DNA of 64,000 nt, taken from contig OZ242167.1 in assembly GCA_965205295.1 (NCBI GenBank), forward strand, positions 4,618,048-4,682,047. The letters run 5' to 3'. This DNA comes from Candidatus Multivorans sp. GTDB taxonomy: Bacteria; Acidobacteriota; Thermoanaerobaculia; Multivoradales; Multivoraceae. Within the stretch, counting starts at the first letter, position 1; each line of letters starts with the position of its first letter. The notes beneath the pieces are model-generated. The model was not told the origin of the DNA. It ran no database searches and worked only from the letters and a program-made list of their open reading frames with translations. Shown here in pieces: positions 43,083 through 53,172 of this stretch. The position numbers and the translations under genes are program-made.

Positions 43083-43978
43083 CGTTCGTCGCTACGGTGC
43101 TTGCGCAGACGCTGCCCTCGGCGCCTCAGTTGACCGGCTCGGTCTCGGGACGGACTCAGGCGCTGACATGGACCGGGGCTTCCGGCGGCGGGATCACGCG
43201 CTATCAGTTGCAGACCAGGGAATCGTCAGCGCACTCATGGCGCTTCACGGGCGCCGGTTCGCCGTCGCCTTCCTCGAACATGGGTTCCAGCGCGAGGTCA
43301 TGGAGCGTGGTTACCCCTTGGACGCTGTATCGGCAGTATCAGGTGCGGGCGACGAACGCGGTCGGGGACGGTCCATGGTCCAACGCCGTCGAACTGAGAA
43401 CGCCGCCGGCGCCGCCTCCGCCGCTGTCTGTGCCGGGGATCCCGAACTTTCCCGGTTTGGCGTCGGGCCGCACTTTGAGTACGGTGTTTCCGGCCGCAAC
43501 AGGAGGTACCCCGCCGTATTCCTACAGTTTGGCGGGTTTGCCGCCGGGACTCTCCTTCGTGGCGTCGACGCGCGTCGCGAGCGGAACGCTTCCGACGGTC
43601 ACGATCGCCACGACCTACACGATCACCTACGCAGTGACGGACAGCGCAGGGGCGTCTGTCAGCGTGACGTTCGCGGCTACCGTGGTTCCGCCGCCACCAC
43701 CATCACCGGTCTTGCCGGAGATTCCGGACTTCCCCGATTTGGCGTCGGGCCGCACGGTGAACGCAGTGCTGTTTCCTGCCGCAACGGGAGGCACCCCACC
43801 GTACTCCTACAGTTTGTCGGGTCTGCCGCCGGGACTCTCCTTCGTGGCGTCGACGCGCATCGCGAGCGGAACGCTTCCGACGGTCACGACTGCCACGACC
43901 TACACGATCACCTACTCCGTTACGGACAGCGCTGGGGCGTCTGCCAGCGAGACGTTCACAGCCACTGTCGTCCCCTGA
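43079..43978 (+). CDS. FN3 domain + two He_PIG-like (putative Ig) repeats; N-terminally truncated-looking
   Basis: 299 aa from GTG, with no n-region for a signal peptide. FN3: ..LTWTGASGGGITRYQLQ..YQVRATNAVGDGPWS. Two ~93-aa repeats: FPAATGGTPPYSYSL(A/S)GLPPGLSFVASTR(V/I)ASGTLPTVT..TYTITY.VTDSAGAS. Confidence 0.6.
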   Translation: MTFVATVLAQTLPSAPQLTGSVSGRTQALTWTGASGGGITRYQLQTRESSAHSWRFTGAGSPSPSSNMGSSARSWSVVTPWTLYRQYQVRATNAVGDGPWSNAVELRTPPAPPPPLSVPGIPNFPGLASGRTLSTVFPAATGGTPPYSYSLAGLPPGLSFVASTRVASGTLPTVTIATTYTITYAVTDSAGASVSVTFAATVVPPPPPSPVLPEIPDFPDLASGRTVNAVLFPAATGGTPPYSYSLSGLPPGLSFVASTRIASGTLPTVTTATTYTITYSVTDSAGASASETFTATVVP

Positions 43979-44160
43979 TGTCGGCGCTCCCTTGGGCGAT
44001 ACCGGGGGACGGCGGCCTACCGCTGAGGGAAGGGCGAGGCTAGTAGAGGGGCCCCGGGCCACCGGATTGGAAGATCGACACCTTGAACGGGAGTCGACGA
44101 AGTTGGGGACGATCTTGGGGGCCGACCGGCCCGCTACCGCCGGCGAATAGGATGCGCAAC

Positions 44161-45339
44161 ATGGCGCGGAGACTCGCTCTGCTCGGAGGCAGTCTGCCGT
44201 GGCTGGTTCTGCTGGCGTGGCTTTCGTCGGTGGCCTGGTTCCTGTGCGACGACGCCTTCATCAGCTTCCGGTATGTCCGCAATCTGGTGGAAGGACACGG
44301 TCTGGTCTTCAACCCCGGCGAGCGCGTGGAGGGGTACTCCAACTTCCTCTGGGTGCTCGAACTCGCGGGACTTTGGCGAGTCTTCGGGCTGCGCCCCGAG
44401 AACGCTGCTCCGTGGCTGTCGGTGGCATGCACGGTCGGCACGCTGGCGGCGACGGTGTGGTGGGCGATGCGACTTCCCGGGCTGCGGCGCCGGGCGCTCG
44501 CGACTTGGATGGCGCTGGGTCTGGTGTGCAGCAGCGCCACGTTCGCGGTGACTGGTGGCGGCGCACTTCCTGTTCCGCTACGCCTACTACGGAGAGTGGC
44601 TGCCGAACACCTACTACGCCAAGCACGGCTTTGCGGAAGGCATGGCGAGAGCGCAGAGACCTTCGGTACGCCCTGCCGCTTGTGTGCATCGGCCCGCACA
44701 TGGCCTACCTGTTCCGGATCGGCGGCGACTACTTCGAGTACCGCCCGCTCGACTACTACTGGCCGCTGCTGGCGGTTCCCGCGGCTGCTGGTGTGGTTCA
44801 CGCGGGGGCCATGGCTCCGGCCAACTGCAGCGACTGCGGTCGACGCCGCGGCCCTCAGGGCCGACAAGGCCGGCCGTATGCGCCGTCTTCCTGTTCGTGC
44901 CCGTCCTCTTCTTTACGAACTCATTGCAAGGCATGCTCCTGTTTCGAGGCGCCGCCACAGAGGGCGTCACGGACGCGTGGGACGGGTTGGGCGCCTCACG
45001 GATGCGACCGTTGCGCGCAACCCGGTGACTTGGCCCAACAGCGAGCGTTTCATGGCGCACGACCGAAGGCCGCCACCGGGGTACATTCTGGAGGAACGGG
45101 GAGTGAACGTCATGGTGCTCCCATCCGTGACCAGCGGGCAAGAGGGCCTCAAGCGCGCCGCGTACGCCCTTCGGGTCGGTCCCGATCTCTGGATGCCCTT
45201 CGATGCCGCCGACCATGATTGGGTCCTCGCGCACTTCGACCGGGGGAGGTTGCGCATGCGAGAAGATCGAGAGAGCCGCTGGGAAGTGCAAGTCAGGGCC
45301 ATCAGGAGGTACGAGGCGGGGGGAGTGGAGGCGCAGTAG
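44161..45339 (+). pseudogene. Second decayed membrane glycosyltransferase-like gene (multiple frameshifts/deletions)
   Basis: Frame 1: MARRLALLGG..FLCDDAFISFRYVRNLVEGHGLVFNPGERVEGYSNFLWVLE..SSATFAV. The coding signal then jumps to other frames: AAHFLFRYAYYGEWLPNTYYAK (ORF 44555..) and YALPLVCIGPHMAYLFRIGGDYFEYRPLDYYWPLLAVP (ORF 44199..). It returns to the first frame for the tail ..VLPSVTSGQEGLKRAAYALRVGPDLWMPFDAADHDW... Confidence 0.55.
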
Positions 45340-45413
45340 GCGCGGGCCGGAGTGTCTGCGCCTTCGTGGCTGCCGGGACTGAGGGCTTAGGCCCTTGCTC
45401 TCCTCGAGCGAAT

Positions 45414-46473
45414 CTACGCCGGCGCCTCGGCGACGCCGGATGACTTCGCGCCGCCCCAGCGGTTGAAGCCGAGTTCGCCGCGGACGTCGGCGGTGCGCTC
45501 CAGGGTCATCGCGTCGCTGGCGATGCCGGTCGAGTCCGCGACTCGGACGAGGCCGTTGAAGATGCCGACGGTGGCGGCGGCCTCGACGAACTTGGCCGGG
45601 CCCAGCGCGTCGGCGACGCGGGCGCGGACCGCGTCCAGATCGTCCGTTGCCCGCACCACGGCCTCGGCGAATGCGGTCAGGAGCGCGCCGTGCTCGACGC
45701 CGCCGTCAGCCGCGTCCTCCACCGTCGCGCTCAGGTCGACCTCGGCGCCAACCGCGTTGCTGCTCACCCGGAGCAGCATGGTGTGGGCGGTCGTTCAGTA
45801 GAAGCACTGGTTGAGGGCCGAGACCCTCGCGGCGATCAACTCGACCTGGGGCCTGGCAAGCGGCCGGTGGTCCCCACACCATCTCGGTGAAGTCGGTTCC
45901 GGTGCCCGCGTACATGGCAACCACCATGCGGAAGAAGGTGCGCACGCCTTGCGGCACCAGGCTCAGTGCGCGGGCAACGTTGGCGCGGTTCCAGTCGACC
46001 ACCTGGACGGGAACCCAGGCGCCGATGTCGCCCATGCCGTCCGGCCGTTCGCGGGTCGGTTCGCCGGTCTCGGGTTCGGGCAGGGGCTCGTGCTCGATGC
46101 CCATCGCTTCGCAGAAGGCGTCGGTGGCAACCGTGGTCACGACGACCGAGGCGAGTTCCACGTACGGCGCGTCGCCGAGCTCGGCGATGGCGCGTGCGGC
46201 CCATTCGCGGTCGAGGTGGGTCGGATCGGCGCCGATCTTGCGCGCCGCCTCGACCGCCTTCTCGGGCAGGGGCGCCGGCGGCGCCGAGCGGTTGCGGCTC
46301 CAGGGCGGCTCGTTGCGCTGGACGCGCTCGGCGCGTGCGAGAGCCGCGATGGCCACGCGTTCAGGGCCGGTCCACCAGGTGCCGGGCCGGCCGATGTCGG
46401 CCCACGACCGGCGCAGCGCGGTGGCCATGTCCTCGCGGACTGGAACGGGGAAGCGGTGGTCGTCGAAACTCAT
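45414..46473 (-). CDS. AhpD/carboxymuconolactone decarboxylase (CMD)-like protein; candidate selenoprotein (CFYU motif). Needs TGA recoding at 45795-45797 plus a 1-nt correction in a G-run near 45868
   Basis: Track ORFs 45706-46473 and 45414-45779 are one gene split in two. Reading the 45414 frame upstream gives ..GDHRPLARPQVELIAARVSALNQCFY-TGA-TTAHTMLLRV... TGA therefore sits where the CMD CxxC..H motif expects Cys. An 8-bp stem/5-nt loop hairpin starts 16 nt after the TGA. Confidence 0.5.
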
Positions 46474-46579
46474 TGGCGGTTCCTCTGCGCGGATGGGGTT
46501 TCGCCCTCAGGGAACGCGGGCATCCTGCCCGCATCCGGTGCGAGCACCGGTCTCTGAACCGGTGCCGGAGACGGAACGA

Positions 46580-47566
46580 CTACGGACTGCTGCCCGTCTT
46601 CTCCAGGTGACGGGCGCCGCTCAGCGTGTTGGTGACCGCCCAGTTCCCTTCGTGGCAGGCGTACTCGAACATCTCGTAGTTCGCATCGAAGTAGAGCGGG
46701 AGATTCACGCTCCAGGTATCCGTGTAGTTGACCGGATCTTCGATCGTGACGGTCCAGTCGATCGTGTGCTCGTCGAGCCGGGTGAAGCGCTCTTGTGTGA
46801 CCAGTTCGTTGCTCACGGGGATGCCCTTGATCCGGCCCTGGGAGCCGCTGGAGGCGATCCAGCCCTGGTCCGAGAAGTTCTTCGTTTCGACGACCAGCGT
46901 GTCGCCGTCCCAGTGGCCGCGGGAGTCGCCGTTCCAGAGGTGGATGTCTTCCGGGATGCGCTCCCGGCCATCGACCGGAATGAAACGGACGTCGTTGATC
47001 ATCTCGGAGTAGATGACCACGTACTCGGGCGTCTGCGCGATCCGGTAACCGTTGTTGTAGCCGGCCGGGAACAGGTGCCCGGGAACGCCGCGCGTGATGC
47101 AGCGGTCCCAGACGCTCATGTACTCGTACGAGTCGAACATCTTCACCAGGTTGTCCGCGCGCACCTGCTGCGCCTCCGGCCGCACCGGCACACGCCCGTT
47201 CGGGGGATCGACGACTTGGGATGTGCGCCGGCTGCCGACCACCTTGGTGCCGAGCTCCAGCCAGTGCAGGTTGTAGGCGCCGACGTTCTGGCCGGCCTCC
47301 GCCTTCTGTGCCGGTTGCTCGGCGCGATTCTCGATCATCGCCTGCCGGGCGGCTTCCTGCTGCGCGACCTCCTCTTCGGTCAGGAACGCCTTGTCGCCCA
47401 GCTCGACCGGCCGCTCGAAGGGCGTCAGGGTGGTGTTCGTCCAGAGGCCCTGGAGGTCCGGGTGGCCCCAGGGGGTGCGCGGCGTCTTCCAGTCGTCGGC
47501 CGCCAGAACGGGCGCCGCGAATAGTGCGGTCGCCACGGCAAGAGCGAGCGTGGTCCGTCCGATCAT
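46580..47566 (-). CDS. Conserved exported hypothetical protein, family paralog 2 of 4
   Basis: Start at ATG 47566 (MIGRTTLALAVATALFAAPVLA), preceded by GGAGGA. Motifs: GHPDLQGLW, DPPNGRVP, WDGDTLVVETKNF, ERFTR, FEYACHEGNWAV. Confidence 0.7.
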   Translation of the reverse strand: MIGRTTLALAVATALFAAPVLAADDWKTPRTPWGHPDLQGLWTNTTLTPFERPVELGDKAFLTEEEVAQQEAARQAMIENRAEQPAQKAEAGQNVGAYNLHWLELGTKVVGSRRTSQVVDPPNGRVPVRPEAQQVRADNLVKMFDSYEYMSVWDRCITRGVPGHLFPAGYNNGYRIAQTPEYVVIYSEMINDVRFIPVDGRERIPEDIHLWNGDSRGHWDGDTLVVETKNFSDQGWIASSGSQGRIKGIPVSNELVTQERFTRLDEHTIDWTVTIEDPVNYTDTWSVNLPLYFDANYEMFEYACHEGNWAVTNTLSGARHLEKTGSSP

Positions 47567-47624
47567 CGGTGACTTCCTCCGTGTTGGCTTTGATGGTTGG
47601 GAGGCTATCAACTCGCGGCTCGCC

Positions 47625-48632
47625 TCAGTCGTCGCTCATCAGCGCCTGGGCGCGCCGCCAGCGCTCGACGATCCGGTCCTCGCGCTCGTAGTCGAAGCGT
47701 CCCGTTCCCGCGGCGTAGAGGTCCTTCTCGGCGGGTGGGTTGGCGGCGAGATGGCGGGCGGTGGCGCGTGTAGCGCTCTCCGGGTCGACCACATCGCGGT
47801 AGCCGAGCAGCGTCCGGGCCTTCGACATGTCGAGGATCTGGTTCGACTTCTCGGCGAGCGGAAAGACGCCGCGGCAGTAGGGCGCGGGCACGCCGACGAA
47901 CTCCATCTCGGCGTCGAGCTCGTCGACGATGACCTCCGCCACGGCGCGGCAACTGATCACCCGCTCGTCGCCGGCGTTGAACGCCTGTCCCGCCGCTTCG
48001 GGCCTCGTGGAGGCCAGGAACACGAGCCGGGCCAGGTTCTCGGCGTAGCCGCGCTGAAAGTAGGTGACGCCGTCGTGGGGCAGGATCATGAAGGGCCGCC
48101 GATCGAGGATGCGCTTGACCACCGCCCACTCGTGGTTCATCGGTGTGCGCGGTCCGTAGACGCCCGGATAGCGCAGGATCACGACCTCGAAGTCGCCGCG
48201 GCCGTGCTGCTCGAAGAGCTGGTCTTCTCCGGCCGCGACCTTGCCGGTGTAGTTCGCCGCGTCGTACTGGCGCGGCGCGAACTCCGGCACCGGCAGCGGT
48301 ATGCGCCCCTCGGGCGTGGGGGGTTGCGAGCCCAGGTAGACGGGCTGGCCGGTGATGCCGACCAGGCGTCCCGTCTTGCCCGCGAGCTCCTCGGCCAGCG
48401 TCCGCAACCGGCCGTACATGCACACCGCGATGTCCCACTCGCGCGAGGCGATCTTGGTGCGGATGTCGTCCCGGTCGCGGGCGTTGCCGAGGATGCGTTC
48501 CACCGGACCGTCGAAGTCGACCGGATGGGCGCCGGAGTGGAAGATCGACACCTCGAAACCGGCGGCGAGGAAGTTGTTGACGATCGGCGGGCCGGTTGGG
48601 CCGGTGCCGCCGACGACTAGTATGCGCGACAT
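47625..48632 (-). CDS. NAD-dependent epimerase/dehydratase family (extended SDR) protein
   Basis: Start at ATG 48632 gives [18 protein letters not shown] (Rossmann GxxGxxG). ~335 aa. Confidence 0.7.
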   Translation of the reverse strand: MSRILVVGGTGPTGPPIVNNFLAAGFEVSIFHSGAHPVDFDGPVERILGNARDRDDIRTKIASREWDIAVCMYGRLRTLAEELAGKTGRLVGITGQPVYLGSQPPTPEGRIPLPVPEFAPRQYDAANYTGKVAAGEDQLFEQHGRGDFEVVILRYPGVYGPRTPMNHEWAVVKRILDRRPFMILPHDGVTYFQRGYAENLARLVFLASTRPEAAGQAFNAGDERVISCRAVAEVIVDELDAEMEFVGVPAPYCRGVFPLAEKSNQILDMSKARTLLGYRDVVDPESATRATARHLAANPPAEKDLYAAGTGRFDYEREDRIVERWRRAQALMSDD

Positions 48633-50814
48633 GGCGCGAAGTGTATGCGGCCCCGTGGCAGCGATGGCGCTGCTTGCCACGGTCGCCGCTGATGTCCGGG
48701 CGCAGCCACCGGAGGCCCCGGCGCGGGTGTTTACCGCCGAACAGGCGGAGCGCGGGCGGGCGCTCTACGAGGCGCTCTGCGTTGAATGCCACCTGTCGAG
48801 CCTGGCCGGCGCGAGCGAGGCGCCGCCCCTGCGTGGCGCGAGCTTTCTCGACGCCTGGCGAGCCGGCGCCGTGGTCGATCTCGCGGACACGATCCGGGTC
48901 ACCATGCCGCCGGAGGACCGGAACTCTCTTACGTCCCAGCAGACCTGCGATCTCGTCGCCTTCGTGCTGCGGGCGAACGGTGCTGTGGCCGGCGATGAAC
49001 CCCTGGTGGCCGATGCGCCGGGCTTGAGTGCGGTGCTGGACAGCCTCGGCCTGGACGGCGAGGCAGCGTCGGCCCCCGCCGCGGACCCGGCCAGCGTCGC
49101 GGACCGGGATCGCCGCATCCCGCTGGAGGCGGCAGAGGAGGAGTACGTCAGGCCTCCGGGGGAGCGCGAGATCGAGGACTTCGAACCGGTGACGGTCGAG
49201 ACGCTGCTCGACCCGGACCCCGGCGACTGGTTGATGTTCCGGCGCACCTACGACGGCCAGGGGCACAGCCCGCTCGATCAGGTCGACGCGAGCAACGTCG
49301 GCGAGCTGCGCCTGGCCTGGTCCTGGGCGATGGCGGACGGCGTGAACCAGCCGACGCCGCTGGTCTACCGCGGCGTGATGTACCTCGCCAACCCGCGCAA
49401 CATCATCCAGGCGCTGGAGGCCGACACCGGCACGCTGATCTGGGAGTACCGGCGTCCGTTGGAGGGCGACGCGGCGCGCGGGTTCAACCAACTCCGCAAC
49501 CTCGCCATCTACGGCGACAAGATCTTCGTCGCCACCAAGGACGCGGCGATGCTCGCGCTCGACGCCCGGACCGGGCGGCCGCGCTGGGAGACGCAGATCG
49601 CCGATCCGGCGAAGGGCTACAAGAACACGAGCGGACCGATCGTGGTCGAGGGTCTGGTGATCAACGGCATCAACGGTTGCATCCGCTACTTCGAGGACAG
49701 TTGCTTCATCACCGCCCACGACGCGGAAACCGGCGAGGAGCGATGGCGCACGTACACCATCGCCCGGCCGGGGGCGCCGGGCGGCGACACCTGGGGCGAT
49801 CTGCCGCTCATGCTGCGAGGCGGCGGCGACTCGTGGATTCCAGGCAGCTACGACCCGGAGCTCGAGCTGCTCTACTGGCCGGTGGCTCAGGCCAAACCCT
49901 GGGTGCCGGCGAGCCGCGGGCTGACCATCGACCATCAGGTCCTCTACACGAACTCGACCCTGGTGCTGCAGCCCGGCGACGGAGCGATCGCCTTTTACCG
50001 CCAACACGTGCCTGGCGAGGCCCTCGACCTGGACGAGGCCTTCGAGCAGGTGCTGATCGACCGCGGCGGACGCCGGCTCCTGCTCACCTCCGGCAAGCAC
50101 GGGATCCTGTGGAAGCTCGACCGTGTGGACGCCTCCTTCGTGGCTCTCAAGGAGATGGTGTTCCAGAACGTCTTCGACCACATCGACCGCGAGACCGGGG
50201 AAGTTCGCTACCGGGAGGACATCGCCTCGGCCGGGATCGGCGAGTGGGTGTCGGTGTGCCCCAGCACCGCGGGCGGCCACAACTGGCAGGCCTCCTCCTA
50301 CAGCCCGGAGCACGGCCTGCTGGTGGTGCCGCTGAGCCAGAGCTGTCTCGACATCTCGGGGCGCGAGACACGGTTCGAGGAGGGGGCGGGCGGCGAGCAG
50401 GCGGACCGCAAGTGGTTCGAGATGCCCGGCACGGAGGGGCGACTCGGCAAGCTGGCGGCGTACGACGTGGACACGATGGAGGAGGTCTGGAGCGTCGAGC
50501 AGCGCGCCGCCTTCCTGACCGCGGCGCTGACCACCGGCGGCGGCGTCGTCTTCGCCGGCGACATCGACCGCCGTTTCCGGGCCTGGGACACCGCGACCGG
50601 CGGCGAGCTCTGGGGCGCCCGCCTGCCGACCTCGGTGCAGGGCTTCCCGATCAGCTACGAGGTCGACGGCGTCCAGTACGTGGCGGTGTCCACCGGCCTC
50701 GGCGGCGGCAGTCCCCGCTTCGTGCCGGCCCGGGTCAGTCCGGAGATCCGCTATCCCGGCAGCGGCAACGGCCTGTTCGTGTTCCGGCTGCCACAAGCCC
50801 GGCCTTCGTTATAG
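48622..50814 (+). CDS. PQQ-dependent dehydrogenase (quinoprotein beta-propeller) with an N-terminal c-type cytochrome domain
   Basis: Start at ATG 48622 or 48631 (M(RDM)[24 protein letters not shown]). [10 protein letters not shown] is a CxxCH site. Propeller motifs: ..[52 protein letters not shown]... The upstream part of the 820-aa track ORF is antisense to the SDR gene. Confidence 0.75.
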   Translation: MRDMARSVCGPVAAMALLATVAADVRAQPPEAPARVFTAEQAERGRALYEALCVECHLSSLAGASEAPPLRGASFLDAWRAGAVVDLADTIRVTMPPEDRNSLTSQQTCDLVAFVLRANGAVAGDEPLVADAPGLSAVLDSLGLDGEAASAPAADPASVADRDRRIPLEAAEEEYVRPPGEREIEDFEPVTVETLLDPDPGDWLMFRRTYDGQGHSPLDQVDASNVGELRLAWSWAMADGVNQPTPLVYRGVMYLANPRNIIQALEADTGTLIWEYRRPLEGDAARGFNQLRNLAIYGDKIFVATKDAAMLALDARTGRPRWETQIADPAKGYKNTSGPIVVEGLVINGINGCIRYFEDSCFITAHDAETGEERWRTYTIARPGAPGGDTWGDLPLMLRGGGDSWIPGSYDPELELLYWPVAQAKPWVPASRGLTIDHQVLYTNSTLVLQPGDGAIAFYRQHVPGEALDLDEAFEQVLIDRGGRRLLLTSGKHGILWKLDRVDASFVALKEMVFQNVFDHIDRETGEVRYREDIASAGIGEWVSVCPSTAGGHNWQASSYSPEHGLLVVPLSQSCLDISGRETRFEEGAGGEQADRKWFEMPGTEGRLGKLAAYDVDTMEEVWSVEQRAAFLTAALTTGGGVVFAGDIDRRFRAWDTATGGELWGARLPTSVQGFPISYEVDGVQYVAVSTGLGGGSPRFVPARVSPEIRYPGSGNGLFVFRLPQARPSL

Positions 50815-50823
50815 TTCCCGGCC

Positions 50824-51639
50824 ATGCAACGGAACAGTTTGGCCGTGTCGCTGCTTGCGATGCTGCTCTTCGCTGTGACTGCCGGCGCGCAGTCGCAGGA
50901 CGGCGCCTACCAGGCGCCGCGGACGCCGGACGGCGATCCGGATCTGAACGGCATCTGGCAAACGATGAACAGCGCCCACTGGGACCTCGAAGGTCACAGC
51001 GCGCGGCGCACCCCGGTGCCGGAGTACGGCGCTTTCGGTGCGGTACCGGCCGGCCTGAGCGTGGTCGAAGGCGGCAGCATCCCGTACCAGGACTGGGCGC
51101 TGGAGCAGCGCAACGCGAACCGGGCGGACTGGCTGAACCTGGACCCGGCGGCGAAGTGCTTCATGCCCGGCGTTCCGCGCGCCAACTACATGCCGCTGCC
51201 GTTCCAGATCGTCCAGACGCCAAGGGCCGTCTTCTTCGCCTACGAGTGGGGCGGCAACAGCCGCGCGGTCCGGCTCGACCGGCCCGGCACGAGAGCGGAA
51301 CTGCCGTCCTGGATGGGGTACTCGCTGGGCCGCTTCGAGGGCGACACGCTGGTCGTCGAGGTCACCGACCAGGTGGCGGACACGTGGTTCGACGCCTCGG
51401 GCAACTTCCACAGCGAGGCGCTCGTCGTGGTGGAGCGGTTTACCCCCACAGGCCCGAACTCGATGAACTACGAGGCGACGATCACGGATCCGAGCGTGTT
51501 CACCGAGCCGTGGACGATCGGCATGCCGCTCTATCGACGGCTGGAAGAGAACGCGCGCCTGCTCGAGTTCAAGTGCATTCCCCTCGGGGGAGAGGACGCG
51601 GCCTACGGCCATCTGCGCCGGGGGGCGACGCCGGAGTAG
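50824..51639 (+). CDS. Conserved exported hypothetical protein, family paralog 3 of 4 (shorter; CHEGN motif degenerate)
   Basis: 271 aa. Signal MQRNSLAVSLLAMLLFAVTAGAQ. Motifs: GDPDLNGIW, FEGDTLVVEVTD, ERFTPTG, LEFKCIPLG. Confidence 0.65.
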   Translation: MQRNSLAVSLLAMLLFAVTAGAQSQDGAYQAPRTPDGDPDLNGIWQTMNSAHWDLEGHSARRTPVPEYGAFGAVPAGLSVVEGGSIPYQDWALEQRNANRADWLNLDPAAKCFMPGVPRANYMPLPFQIVQTPRAVFFAYEWGGNSRAVRLDRPGTRAELPSWMGYSLGRFEGDTLVVEVTDQVADTWFDASGNFHSEALVVVERFTPTGPNSMNYEATITDPSVFTEPWTIGMPLYRRLEENARLLEFKCIPLGGEDAAYGHLRRGATPE

Positions 51640-51681
51640 AGGAGGCGAGGTCTGCCTGAAGAATCGGAAGGAGTCGAAGGA

Positions 51682-53172
51682 ATGAAGCACATACCTCTTG
51701 CGACCATCGTTTGTTTCACGGCGGTTGCCGTCGGTTTCGCCGGCGCAGCGGCCGCGCAGGATGCGGACCTTGTGACCTCCTGGGGAGTGCCCGACCTGCA
51801 GGGCGCCTGGGACTTCCGCTCGATCACGCCGCTCGAGCGCCCGGCCGCCTTCGGCGACAAGGCGACCCTGACCGCCGAAGAGGCGGCGGCCTGGGAGCAG
51901 CGGCGCAAGGAAGAGCGCGCCGCAAGCGCCGCGCGGAGCGGCGGCGACGTCGACCCCAGCCAGGGCGACGTCGACGTGGGCTACAACTCGTTCTGGCTTG
52001 ACCAGGGCGAGAAGCTCTCCGGCACCATGCGGACCTCCCTGGTCGTCGATCCGCCGAACGGCCGTGTGCCGGCGATGACCGCCGATGCGCGGCGTCGCTA
52101 CGACGAACGCTACGCGCTCTGGGGCCAAGCCCCGGCCGGCCCGGAGGAGCGGAACACGTACGAGCGCTGCATCCTCGGCTTCAATGCCGGTCCGCCGATG
52201 ACCCCGGGGGCCTACAACAACATGATGGAGATCTTCCAGTCGACGGGCTACGTCGCGATCATGACCGAGATGATCAACGACCACCGGGTGATCCCGACCG
52301 ACGGCCGCGAGCACGCCGACGAACACATGCGCTTCTGGAAGGGCGACTCGTCAGGCGTCTGGGAAGGCGACACCTTCGTCGTGACGACGAAGAACTACAA
52401 CGAGCACACCGCGTTCCGCGGCACCGGCCCGAACCTGGTTCTCACCGAGCGCTTCACCCGCACCGGCCCCGACACTTTGCTCTACGAATACACCGTCAAC
52501 GACCCCGAGTCCTACGAGGCGCCCTGGACGAGCGCCCTCGAGATGCGGCGTACCGACGATCCGCTCCTCGAGTACGCCTGCCACGAGGGCAACCGCGCCA
52601 TGACCCTCATGCTCCGCGGCGCCCGCCACCGCGAACGGGAAGGCAAGGCCGAGGACGGCAAGGACTGGTTGGCGAGCTGGTACGGCGGCCAGAACCGGGT
52701 CGACGCGGCGAAGAAGGCGCTGGAGGCGGCGAAGGAAGAGGCGGGGGAGGCCCCAGCCGATCCTGGGCCGCAGACGGAACCCGAGCTCGAGCCACAGCCT
52801 GAGCCGGAGGGCGAACCCCAAGCGAACGCTGACGGGGACGAAGCGAAGGTTCACTCTACGTCGGACGTCGTGCCGCCCAGAAGGGTCAAGTCGCCGAAGA
52901 TCATCTACCCGAGTTCCGCCCAGGGAAGGGTGATCGTACAAGCCGTGATCAACGAGGAAGGAACCGTCGAAGATCTGAAGGTCCTTCGTGTCGAGGCCTC
53001 GGACTTCGTTGACGCAGCGTTGCATGCGATCGAGCGGTGGGAGTTCGAGCCTGCAATGCTCGATGGCAAGCCCGTACCTGTGTACTACAACGTGACGGTG
53101 AACTTCGCAGGGACGGAAAAGCCTGACGGGCCGGCAGAACGTCGCAGGAAGCGATCCAGGCAGATCCGCTAG
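51682..53172 (+). CDS. Family paralog 4 of 4, fused through an acidic/PE-rich linker to a TonB C-terminal-like domain
   Basis: 496 aa. Signal peptide. Motifs: GVPDLQGAW, DPPNGRVP, WEGDTFVVTTKNY, ERFTRTG, LEYACHEGNRAM. A linker follows (..PQTEPELEPQPEPEGEPQ..), then ..PPRRVKSPKIIYPSSAQGRVIVQAVINEEGTVEDLKVL..AALHAIERWEFEPAMLDGKPVPVYYNVTVNF (TonB_C pattern). Confidence 0.7.
   Translation: MKHIPLATIVCFTAVAVGFAGAAAAQDADLVTSWGVPDLQGAWDFRSITPLERPAAFGDKATLTAEEAAAWEQRRKEERAASAARSGGDVDPSQGDVDVGYNSFWLDQGEKLSGTMRTSLVVDPPNGRVPAMTADARRRYDERYALWGQAPAGPEERNTYERCILGFNAGPPMTPGAYNNMMEIFQSTGYVAIMTEMINDHRVIPTDGREHADEHMRFWKGDSSGVWEGDTFVVTTKNYNEHTAFRGTGPNLVLTERFTRTGPDTLLYEYTVNDPESYEAPWTSALEMRRTDDPLLEYACHEGNRAMTLMLRGARHREREGKAEDGKDWLASWYGGQNRVDAAKKALEAAKEEAGEAPADPGPQTEPELEPQPEPEGEPQANADGDEAKVHSTSDVVPPRRVKSPKIIYPSSAQGRVIVQAVINEEGTVEDLKVLRVEASDFVDAALHAIERWEFEPAMLDGKPVPVYYNVTVNFAGTEKPDGPAERRRKRSRQIR

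Noticed and set aside
48622-48632. Overlapping divergent start codons (ATGCGCGACAT) of the SDR and PQQ dehydrogenase genes as a special regulatory palindrome
   Set aside because: The start choices for both genes are uncertain within ~10 nt. The short symmetry is expected by chance for back-to-back ATGs.
47608-50796. 1062-aa minus-strand ORF
   Set aside because: It is antisense to the PQQ dehydrogenase and out of frame with the SDR gene. The translation is Arg/Gly/Pro-rich with no domains.
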